This document shows positions 25,392 to 32,000 of a stretch of DNA of 32,000 nt, one piece after another. The stretch spans positions 947,301 through 979,300 of the forward strand of contig NZ_WUUQ01000001.1 of assembly GCF_009831105.1 (NCBI RefSeq), read 5' to 3'. The notes beneath the pieces were generated by a model. The model was not told the origin of the DNA. It searched no databases and worked only from the letters and a program-made list of their open reading frames with translations. Within the stretch, counting starts at the first letter, position 1. Each line of letters begins with the position of its first letter. This DNA comes from Copranaerobaculum intestinale. Lineage in GTDB: Bacteria > Bacillota_I > Bacilli_A > Erysipelotrichales > Erysipelotrichaceae. The translations under genes and the position numbers were made by a program.

Positions 25392-26384
25392 TTATTTTTT
25401 AAACAGTTTGAAACCTAATTTACGATAGATTTTCGCAACCTTGCGATCTGCAATTACGCTGGCCTTGGCAGCTCCTTGGGCAAGTATTTCTTCCACGATA
25501 CCGCTATTTTGAATTTCATGGTAGCGAGCCTGCAGACCGCTCAGCAATTCGTACACGGCATCTCCGACTTCTTTTTTCAATTCTCCATAACCCTTGCCGT
25601 TAAAACGATCAGCGATCGATTCAATCGCTTCACCGGTAATTACCGATAAGATTTGCATGAGGTTAGCCAACCCGGGCTGCTTTTCAGGATCGTATACAAG
25701 ATTTGCATAGCTGTCAGTTACGGCGGACATAATCTTTTTACGGGCTACGCTTGGCTCATCCAGTAAATTGATCGTTCCTTTTGGATTGTCTTCAGATTTA
25801 GACATCTTCTTGGTCGGATCCTGTAATGAATAAATTTTCGCACCGACTTTTGAAATCAGCGGATCTGGTACACGAAAAACTTCTCCGTAACGGTTATTAA
25901 AACGTTCAGCCAAGGTTCTGGTCAGCTCGACATGCTGCTTCTGATCAACGCCTACCGGCACATAATCAGCATCATACAGCAGTATGTCCGCAGCCATCAG
26001 TGCTGGATAGGTAAACAATCCTGCAGTCAGATTGGTTTCACCCTTTGCACATTTGTCCTTGTACTGGGTCATGCGGTTTAACTCACCCATATAAGCATGA
26101 CAGGTCATTGCCCATCCAAGCTGTGCGTGAGCAGGCACATCACTTTGTAGAAACAGTGTTACCTTATTTGGATCCAGACCGCTGGCCAGATACAAAGTGA
26201 TCAAGTCCTTCGTATTCTGTTTTAGTTCTTTTGGATCGATATTGATCGTGATCGCATGCTGATTGGCGATAAAAATGAACATTTCATAATCATCCTGGTA
26301 ATCCAGGCACGGCTTGATCGCACCGATATAATTCCCCAGCGTCAATTTTCCCGTCGGTTTAATACCGGTAAGCATTCTTTTCAT
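25392..26384 (-). CDS. trpS: Tryptophan--tRNA ligase
   Basis: 330 aa class I aaRS. HIGH-region variant TGKLTLGNYIG, KMSKS present, TrpRS-typical length. Preceded by a T-box leader. Confidence 0.95.
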   Translation of the reverse strand: MKRMLTGIKPTGKLTLGNYIGAIKPCLDYQDDYEMFIFIANQHAITINIDPKELKQNTKDLITLYLASGLDPNKVTLFLQSDVPAHAQLGWAMTCHAYMGELNRMTQYKDKCAKGETNLTAGLFTYPALMAADILLYDADYVPVGVDQKQHVELTRTLAERFNNRYGEVFRVPDPLISKVGAKIYSLQDPTKKMSKSEDNPKGTINLLDEPSVARKKIMSAVTDSYANLVYDPEKQPGLANLMQILSVITGEAIESIADRFNGKGYGELKKEVGDAVYELLSGLQARYHEIQNSGIVEEILAQGAAKASVIADRKVAKIYRKLGFKLFKK

Positions 26385-26403
26385 AAAACTTCCTCCTTTA
26401 CAT

Positions 26404-26630
26404 AAAAAAACGTCCCTATATATTGTTGGGACGCGAAATGTATGCGTGGTGCCACCCGACTTGTTCTGATTGTATCAAAACCGCTCGTAACGGATAACGG
26501 CCGCTGCCGGGGACATGCCCGAACTCCGAAGACCCAATTCATGAAAAGGACAGCGTTTGCTTTCACCGGCCGCAAACTCTCTTCAGCATATCATTTTTTC
26601 ACTACTTATTCTTCATCATCATTCAAGTTG
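26404..26630 (-). promoter_or_regulatory. T-box riboswitch leader of trpS (Trp-specific)
   Basis: On the - strand: Stem I elements (AGAGAG, distal GGUGAAA). Specifier-loop GAAUUGGG containing UGG (+ coordinates 26534-26536). T-box sequence GUCGGGUGGCACCACGC with the 7-nt bulge UGGCACC. Antiterminator ACGC/GCGU + GGG/CCC competes with terminator CGUCCC-N11-GGGACG + U7 (26433-26404). Confidence 0.9.
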
Positions 26631-26635
26631 GTACT

Positions 26636-26664
26636 ATCATACTACTGCCAATTTTAAAATGCAA
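26636..26664 (-). promoter_or_regulatory. Promoter of the trpS T-box leader (TTGCAT - 17 nt - TATGAT)
   Basis: On the - strand: -35 at 26664-26659 and -10 at 26641-26636. It lies back to back with the spx promoter. Confidence 0.6.
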
Positions 26665-26687
26665 GGGTGAAAAAACAAACATTTTTC

Positions 26688-26716
26688 TTTTCATCATTTT
26701 GCAGATACTATATAAT
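26688..26716 (+). promoter_or_regulatory. Putative spx promoter (TTTTCA - 17 nt - TATAAT)
   Basis: -10 at 26711-26716 and a 4/6 -35 at 26688-26693. SD GGAGG at 26726-26730 and ATG at 26738. Confidence 0.5.
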
Positions 26717-26737
26717 AATGAGGTAGGAGGTAACTAC

Positions 26738-27172
26738 ATGATTATATTATATACATCTCCGGGCTGCGCCAGCTGCCGCAAGGCTAAACAGTGGCTGAAA
26801 GACAACCATTTGGAATTTGTGGAAAAAAACATATTTACAACTTTACTGAAAGAAGAAGAGATAAAATATTTACTGCAGCGTTCTGAAAACGGAACCGCTG
26901 ATTTGATTTCTACCCGTTCAAAAGCATTTCAAGAACTGGGGAAAGATCTTGATGATTTTTCAATGAAGGAATTGGTAGATTTTATCCAAAAAAATCCTTC
27001 GGTGATGAAACGTCCGATCATTATCAGTGAAAAAAACTTTGTCGTCGGCTACGATGATGACGAGATTACCTCATTTGTGCCGGGAGAACTGCGAGCGCTG
27101 GCTTCAACTGCCTGCAACAGCAGCTGTCCAAATTATCAAATTTGCGGCAAGACGCGAGAAGCAGCTCAATAG
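26738..27172 (+). CDS. spx: Spx/ArsC-family global redox regulator with a Cys-rich C-terminal extension
   Basis: N-terminal MIILYTSPGCASCRKAKQWL (CxxC switch), GT..LISTRSK, KRPII. 144 aa versus about 131 aa for classical Spx. I chose ATG 26738 (SD) rather than the upstream TTG of the ORF track. Confidence 0.85.
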   Translation: MIILYTSPGCASCRKAKQWLKDNHLEFVEKNIFTTLLKEEEIKYLLQRSENGTADLISTRSKAFQELGKDLDDFSMKELVDFIQKNPSVMKRPIIISEKNFVVGYDDDEITSFVPGELRALASTACNSSCPNYQICGKTREAAQ

Positions 27173-27197
27173 ACTATCCGAAAGGGTAGTTTTTTTA
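27173..27197 (+). terminator. Rho-independent terminator after spx
   Basis: ACTATCC / GGGTAGT stem (one G-U pair) with a GAAA tetraloop, followed by T7 (27191-27197). Confidence 0.8.
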
Positions 27198-27471
27198 TTG
27201 TGAAAAGGGCAGTGATTGTATTCTCTGTGAATGATGAATGTCATACATTATAAGACATTTGTTTTTTACATGAATTCTTGAATAATGCGGTATTACATGT
27301 ACGGGCAATGAAAGCTGTGATATCCATGTGTAAGGAGGGAAACGAATAAAACATTCAAGCTAATAACGCAGGCAAGCCTGAATCAATAGGGGACAACAAC
27401 CTATCTTAGAAGGTAAGGATATGGGGAATACGGTATTTATTATGTATTTGTTAATTTTTTGGATTCCAGCA

Positions 27472-27500
27472 TTGACAAAATACATAACTTCTCTTATTAT
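27472..27500 (+). promoter_or_regulatory. Promoter of the SIS/PTS operon (TTGACA - 17 nt - TATTAT)
   Basis: Perfect -35 at 27472-27477 and -10 at 27495-27500. Predicted TSS is about 27507, 26 nt before ATG 27533. Confidence 0.7.
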
Positions 27501-27502
27501 AT

Positions 27503-27519
27503 GTATAGACGTACGTACG
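27503..27519. promoter_or_regulatory. Candidate HutC/GntR operator overlapping the TSS: GTATAGAC box plus the CGTACGTACG palindrome
   Basis: GTATAGAC (27503-27510) fits the HutC-subfamily core GT-M-TA-K-AC exactly. It abuts a perfect 10-bp palindrome, CGTACGTACG (27510-27519). A HutC-type regulator is encoded at the 3' end of the operon. Confidence 0.5.
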
Positions 27520-27532
27520 AATGGAGGACAAG

Positions 27533-28714
27533 ATGAAATATATTGGAATCGACGAAGAGGAACTAAAAGCCAAGCATGGCTATTATGCGGCTTATGAAAT
27601 TGAACGTCAGCCGCAGTTGTGGAAACAGGTGTATGAGAGTATTCGATCACACGAATCGGATATTCAGGCATTTTTCTCAAAACTGCATCAGGAAACCAAT
27701 CTAAAAGTATTGTTGATGGGAGCCGGCAGTTCTAATCTGGCTGCCCGCAGCGTTGCCCATCACGCGGCGATGCACACACCATGGGAGATTGTCTGTGAAC
27801 CATCAACCAAGGTTATTCTGGATCCGCAGGAATATTTTCAGGCTGATCAGCCGCTTTTGTTAGTTTCCTTTGGAAGCAGCGGAAGTACCCCGGAGGGAGT
27901 GGCCTGCAACCGATTGGCGAAAAAAATGGTGAAATCCTTGTATCAGATCATGATCGTCTGTGTGGAGGACGGTATTCTAGTACAGGAAAATGCCGGTCAG
28001 GATAATGTTTTGTATATCCCGTTGCCGAAGCAGACCAAGGGTGAAAGCTTTGCGGCCACAGCGGAATTTACCTGCCTGGTACTACAGGCAATGCTGCTGT
28101 TTGATTATGAGCATCTAAGTGATTATGAATCCCTGATTCCGTATTTTGCAAGCGAAGCGGATCGTTTATTTCATGAGAACATTTCCATGATGCATGAAAT
28201 AGCCGCTTCAGACACAGTTTCGCTGACCGCGCTGGGTTCACGGGAAATGGAAGTGCTGGCGGCGGAAACTGCTTTGAAAGCAGTGGAGTTTACAAATGGC
28301 CGCTATCTCAGCAATTACAATTCTTCGGTAGAATTCCGTCATGGACCGAAGCTGATTTTGACTTCACCAGTGCTCTGCTTGTTTTACCTTCATCCGGATC
28401 CATATATTGCAAAGTATGATCTCGATATGATGAGTGAAGTAAGCGGTGATGAAAATCACGGAACGATTGTCGGATTCGGCTATCAGCCGCTGCCGCAGAA
28501 AATCACGAAGCCAAATTTCTATTACGAATTTAAAGCGCATCCGCAGCTTGAACGCTGTCCGGTTGCCGGTATCTTCTTATATGCCTTGGCAATGCAGACC
28601 TTTATTACCCTGATTGCTTTGAAAAAAGGGGTGAACGCCGACTGGCCAAGCAGCGATGAGCTCGTGCCAAAGGTGGCAAACCGTGTCAATATCTATGAAA
28701 GAGAGGTGCTTTAA
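27533..28714 (+). CDS. AgaS-like double-SIS-domain sugar-phosphate isomerase/deaminase
   Basis: About 393 aa. Collinear similarity to E. coli AgaS: EIERQPQLW, GAGSS, LLLVSFGSSGSTPEGV, FRHGPK. I prefer ATG 27533 because GGAGGA (27523-27528) lies inside the longer ORF. Confidence 0.8.
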   Translation: MKYIGIDEEELKAKHGYYAAYEIERQPQLWKQVYESIRSHESDIQAFFSKLHQETNLKVLLMGAGSSNLAARSVAHHAAMHTPWEIVCEPSTKVILDPQEYFQADQPLLLVSFGSSGSTPEGVACNRLAKKMVKSLYQIMIVCVEDGILVQENAGQDNVLYIPLPKQTKGESFAATAEFTCLVLQAMLLFDYEHLSDYESLIPYFASEADRLFHENISMMHEIAASDTVSLTALGSREMEVLAAETALKAVEFTNGRYLSNYNSSVEFRHGPKLILTSPVLCLFYLHPDPYIAKYDLDMMSEVSGDENHGTIVGFGYQPLPQKITKPNFYYEFKAHPQLERCPVAGIFLYALAMQTFITLIALKKGVNADWPSSDELVPKVANRVNIYEREVL

Positions 28715-29197
28715 ATGCCGAATATCGTTTTATCAAGAGTGGATAATCGTCTGATTCATGGGCAAGTTGCAACCAACTGGCTGAAAAATTATGCCGCAAA
28801 TTTCTGCATCGTGGTCAATGATCGCGTGGCGCAGGATCCGATGGAGCAGAACCTGCTCAGCATGGCAATCGCCAATGCGATGCCGGTGCGTTTCTTCACT
28901 GTAGAAAAAACGCTGGAACTGTTACCGGGAGCAGATCCCCGCCGCAAAATAGCCTTGATTTTTGAAAGTCCCCTCGATGCTTTGAAATTGGTTGAGGGAG
29001 GAATTGTCTTAAACGAATTGAATATCGGAAATATTCATATGGCGGAGGGGAAAGAAAAGCTATTTAAAACCGTTTATGTGAATGAAGCAGAGAAAGCCGC
29101 TATCAGTGAGCTGATGAAGCGTGGGGTACATGTGGAATATCGGATGCTGCCGTCAGAAAATTCAGCTGATTTTGCGGCTGTCATAAAGGAGGATTAG
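28715..29197 (+). CDS. PTS mannose/sorbose/N-acetylgalactosamine-family EIIB component
   Basis: 160 aa. N-terminal IVLSRVDNRLIHGQV with the phosphorylatable His of the IIB-Man family. Confidence 0.9.
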   Translation: MPNIVLSRVDNRLIHGQVATNWLKNYAANFCIVVNDRVAQDPMEQNLLSMAIANAMPVRFFTVEKTLELLPGADPRRKIALIFESPLDALKLVEGGIVLNELNIGNIHMAEGKEKLFKTVYVNEAEKAAISELMKRGVHVEYRMLPSENSADFAAVIKED

Positions 29198-29201
29198 AAA
29201 G

Positions 29202-29978
29202 ATGTCTATTGCACAGGCACTGCTTATCGCATTGATCGCCGGTTTGGCCGGTGTGGATTATTATATGGAAGTGTTTCAGACATACCGTCCGTTGGTGTTA
29301 GGTACGATCATCGGTATCGCTATGGGTGATGTTAAAACCGGTCTTATGATCGGTGCCACATTTGAATTGATGTGGATGGGACTCATGCCGATTGGCGGAG
29401 CACAGCCGCCGAACATGGTGATCGGTACGGTCATCGGTGTCGTATTTGCTATCGCCAGTCACGAAGGAGCTTCTACGGCTATCGGTATCGGCGTTCCGTT
29501 TTCGATTTTGATGCAGGGGATCATCACCCTGATCTATACCGTATTCTCCATGTTTATGCCGATCGCTGATGGATTTGCGGATAAAAATAAAACCAAGGGC
29601 ATCGAAGGTATCCAGTTCGGCGCATTGGCAATTGTCTTTATTTGTTACTTTTTGGTGGCATTCCTGCCGATTTATCTGGGTGCTGATAAAGCGCAGTTTA
29701 TCGTATCACTGCTGCCGACCTGGGTGGTGGACGGTCTTACGGTGGCCGGAGGCATTATGCCGGCAATTGGCTTCGCGATCCTTTTGAATACGATGTTTAA
29801 GATGGAATATGTTATTTTCCTGGCACTCGGCTTTATCTTTGTAGCTTACGGCAATCTGCCGATTCTGGCAGTTTCCGCAATTGCGGCTTGTATTGCCGTT
29901 TACGATTACTATATCTATCATCAGAAAAAAGAAGTTATTGCGGTAGCGGAAGAGGAGGATTATCATGACGGACTCTAA
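29202..29978 (+). CDS. PTS mannose-family EIIC component
   Basis: 258 aa polytopic protein. Sequence and length typical of ManY/AgaC. Located between IIB and IID. Confidence 0.85.
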   Translation: MSIAQALLIALIAGLAGVDYYMEVFQTYRPLVLGTIIGIAMGDVKTGLMIGATFELMWMGLMPIGGAQPPNMVIGTVIGVVFAIASHEGASTAIGIGVPFSILMQGIITLIYTVFSMFMPIADGFADKNKTKGIEGIQFGALAIVFICYFLVAFLPIYLGADKAQFIVSLLPTWVVDGLTVAGGIMPAIGFAILLNTMFKMEYVIFLALGFIFVAYGNLPILAVSAIAACIAVYDYYIYHQKKEVIAVAEEEDYHDGL

Positions 29979-30783
29979 AGGATACATGGATACAAAACCG
30001 GGTGTGATCACCAAAAAAGATCTGAATAAAGTTGCTCTGCGCACGATGCTGATCAATGCTTCGTTTAACTATGAGCGCATGCAGGCTATCGGTTTTACAT
30101 ACTCCCTGCTGCCGGTTATCAATAAGGTACATACCAATGAAGCTGACAAGCAGACCGCGCTGCATAATCATTTAAACTTTATCAACTGTCATACGTATGT
30201 GATCAGCTTGATTCTGGGAATCAGTGCGGCGATGGAAGAACGTAAGGAAAATCCCGAATTGATCAAGAGTGTAAAGGTTGCATTGATGGGACCGCTGGCT
30301 GGCCTCGGAGATTCGATGATCTGGTTTACGATCATGCCGATTTTGGCTGGTATCGGAGTGAGCTTCGCGATGGACGGCAATATTTTGGGTCCGATCTTCT
30401 TTATTCTGGCATTCAATATCGTGGAGAACCTGGTGCGCTTTGGATTTGTCCATTGGGGCTATTCACTGGGGGTCGGGGTTATCGATCGTTTAAAGGATAT
30501 CAGTGAAAAAGTTGTGCGCTCCGCATCGATTCTTGGAATGACGGTGATCGGCGCATTGATTGCATCTTATGTATCTTTGAGTACCAAGCTTACGATTACT
30601 GCCGGTAAGGCAAAGGTTGCCCTGCAGGCTGATTTATTTGATAAGATCATGCCTTGCATGCTGCCGCTGCTGTATACATTATTTATTTTCTGGCTGATTC
30701 GTAAGAAGAAAGCAAGTCCGATCCTCTTGATCGCGCTGACAGTTGTATTTTCTCTGGTTGGCGTATATTTCAAAGTCTTTTAA
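29965..30783 (+). CDS. PTS mannose-family EIID component
   Basis: 272 aa. N-terminal ITKKDLNKVALRTMLINASFNYERMQAIGF typical of ManZ/AgaD. Overlaps the IIC end by 14 nt. Confidence 0.9.
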   Translation: MTDSKGYMDTKPGVITKKDLNKVALRTMLINASFNYERMQAIGFTYSLLPVINKVHTNEADKQTALHNHLNFINCHTYVISLILGISAAMEERKENPELIKSVKVALMGPLAGLGDSMIWFTIMPILAGIGVSFAMDGNILGPIFFILAFNIVENLVRFGFVHWGYSLGVGVIDRLKDISEKVVRSASILGMTVIGALIASYVSLSTKLTITAGKAKVALQADLFDKIMPCMLPLLYTLFIFWLIRKKKASPILLIALTVVFSLVGVYFKVF

Positions 30784-30815
30784 CCGTAGCGAGGTATATT
30801 TTTCCAAAATAGGTA

Positions 30816-30824
30816 TGGTATAAT
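30816..30824 (+). promoter_or_regulatory. Extended -10 (TGGTATAAT) upstream of the GntR gene
   Basis: TGn+TATAAT at 30816-30824, 20 nt before ATG 30845. It is flanked by repeated AGGTAT motifs (30792-30797 and 30811-30816). Confidence 0.4.
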
Positions 30825-30844
30825 GAGAAAGGCAGGTGATAGGA

Positions 30845-31570
30845 ATGGCATTTGATCGCAGACCGCTTTATGTGGTAATCATGGAGAGCGTTCAGAACTA
30901 TATCAGTGACCGTGGATTAAAGCCGGGGGAACAAATTCCCTCTGAAGTGGAACTGATGAATCAGTTTCAAGTTAGTCGTGCAACGGTTCGGCAGGCAATG
31001 CAGGAATTGGAAAATGAGGGTATCATTGAAAAAAAGCATGGTTTAGGAACCTTTGTTGCTGAACCGAAGGTATCTATTGAAATGAATGGATTCTTCAGTT
31101 TTAATGAGGAAGCAAAGAAGCTCAACCAAACTCCGCATACCTTGATTACTCAGTTTGAGCGGATGAGATGTCCGTCTAAGAAAATACAGCAGCGTTTATC
31201 CCTGTCTTCGCAAGAAGAGGTTATTATGATCCAGTGGCTTCGTCTGATCGATGAAGATCCGGTGCTGTTAGAGACAACCTATTTGCCGGGCAAACGATTT
31301 TTATATCTGCATCAGGAAGAACTGGAAAATCAGAGCTTATACGATGTATTCTCCCATAGCGGTATCCGCATGGTGCACGGTAAAGAAAAATATCGCCCGT
31401 ATTTGCCAAATGAAGAAGAACAGCGCTTACTGGATTTGGAGGATAATGTACCGACCTTTCGATTCTCCCGTCTATTGTTTGAAAAAGATACGCCGGTTGA
31501 GTATACGGTATCGGTTTTGAAGAGCGGTAAAATTGCTTTAGAAGCTGTAATCGAAAAGAAAATATCATAA
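30845..31570 (+). CDS. GntR-family transcriptional regulator, HutC subfamily (wHTH + UTRA effector domain)
   Basis: N-terminal PLY...I.....LKPGEQIPSEVELMNQFQVSRATVRQAMQELENEGII wHTH. The C-terminal roughly 150 aa are UTRA-like. The start could be GTG 30836. Confidence 0.85.
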   Translation: MAFDRRPLYVVIMESVQNYISDRGLKPGEQIPSEVELMNQFQVSRATVRQAMQELENEGIIEKKHGLGTFVAEPKVSIEMNGFFSFNEEAKKLNQTPHTLITQFERMRCPSKKIQQRLSLSSQEEVIMIQWLRLIDEDPVLLETTYLPGKRFLYLHQEELENQSLYDVFSHSGIRMVHGKEKYRPYLPNEEEQRLLDLEDNVPTFRFSRLLFEKDTPVEYTVSVLKSGKIALEAVIEKKIS

Positions 31571-31576
31571 AAATCT

Positions 31577-31616
31577 AAACAGATGTGTTCATGCTATTTG
31601 ACACGTCTGTTTTTTT
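31577..31616 (+). terminator. Rho-independent terminator after the GntR gene
   Basis: AAACAGATGTG / CACGTCTGTTT 11-bp stem (one G-U pair), 14-nt loop, T run to 31616. Confidence 0.85.
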
Positions 31617-31652
31617 GTTTTGAAACAAAAATAAAAAAGGTAAAGAAAAGGA

Positions 31653-31682
31653 TTGACATAGGTAGAAGAGATTTGCTATTAT
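31653..31682 (+). promoter_or_regulatory. rRNA operon promoter (TTGACA - 18 nt - TGcTATTAT) with an A-rich UP-like region
   Basis: Perfect -35 at 31653-31658, extended -10 at 31674-31682, A-rich tract at 31627-31650. About 115 nt upstream of the 16S 5' end. Confidence 0.7.
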
Positions 31683-31707
31683 ATACAAGCGCTCAAGCGA
31701 GGGCGAC

Positions 31708-31726
31708 GATCTTTGAAAACTAAACA
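31708..31726 (+). promoter_or_regulatory. boxA-like antitermination element in the rRNA leader
   Basis: GATCTTTGAAAACTAAACA resembles the conserved Bacillota rrn leader box (CTTTGAAAACTAAACA). Confidence 0.55.
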
Positions 31727-31796
31727 GAATACGTCAATTCAAAAGAAACTCAAGAAAACAGAAACGTGAAAGTGTAAAGAAGAGCTAAACAAACAA

Positions 31797-32000
<204 letters not shown>

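Noticed and set aside
26381-26657. Two ORFs (26381-26575 on the - strand, 26442-26657 on the + strand) upstream of trpS.
   Set aside because: The region is fully explained by a canonical T-box leader (Stem I, specifier loop, T-box sequence, antiterminator and terminator). The ORFs are by-products of structured RNA sequence.
27309-27322. cre-like sequence TGAAAGCTGTGATA in the 320-bp spx-PTS spacer. An SD-like AAGGAGG (27332-27338) with no start codon lies nearby.
   Set aside because: The cre match misses two constrained positions, including the central CG, and lies about 160 bp upstream of the promoter. The SD-like motif is followed only by ATA and a stop after 5 codons. Neither is supportable as a functional element without data.
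27421-27597. 58-codon ORF (MGNTVFIMYLLIFWIPALTKYITSLIICI...) with a GAAGGT SD-like sequence, together with the antisense ORF 27360-27680.
   Set aside because: The + ORF runs through the TTGACA/TATTAT promoter and the operator, and overlaps the start of the AgaS-like gene out of frame. Its hydrophobicity comes from T-rich promoter DNA. The - ORF is antisense to the same promoter and gene start and has no signals of its own.

Overview
This window looks like core chromosome from a low/medium-GC Bacillota genome. The 16S 5' end and gene content resemble Erysipelotrichia, but that placement is tentative. All but two genes are on the + strand. In order: a GGDEF protein fragment, recG, rnc, a tightly packed trio (DD-carboxypeptidase, PatB/MalY-type C-S lyase, CaCA antiporter), polC and a ClC channel. 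A partial dcw cluster follows (mraZ-rsmH-ftsL-PBP2B | terminator | second class B PBP-murE-mraY-murD), then uppP. On the - strand are a cation/H+ antiporter and a T-box-controlled trpS. Back on the + strand are spx, a Man-family PTS module (AgaS-like SIS protein, IIB, IIC, IID, HutC-type GntR regulator) and the start of an rRNA operon (promoter, boxA-like leader, 16S 5' end). I see no mobile elements, CRISPR arrays, defence genes or compositional islands, and no convincing novel multi-gene system. The most interesting unexplained signals are cis-regulatory. (1) A promoter/hairpin/palindrome/terminator leader sits directly in front of the antiporter and looks like an unassigned attenuator or riboswitch. 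(2) Four AGTGG-type direct repeats with exact 10-bp phasing lie in the mraZ 5' UTR and overlap its SD (MraZ operator). (3) The PTS operon has no EIIA gene, and its transcription start carries a GTATAGAC HutC-consensus box fused to a perfect 10-bp palindrome. (4) recG appears to be leaderless. (5) The Spx homologue has a Cys-rich C-terminal tail. Coordinates of small elements were counted by hand and may be off by 1-2 nt.
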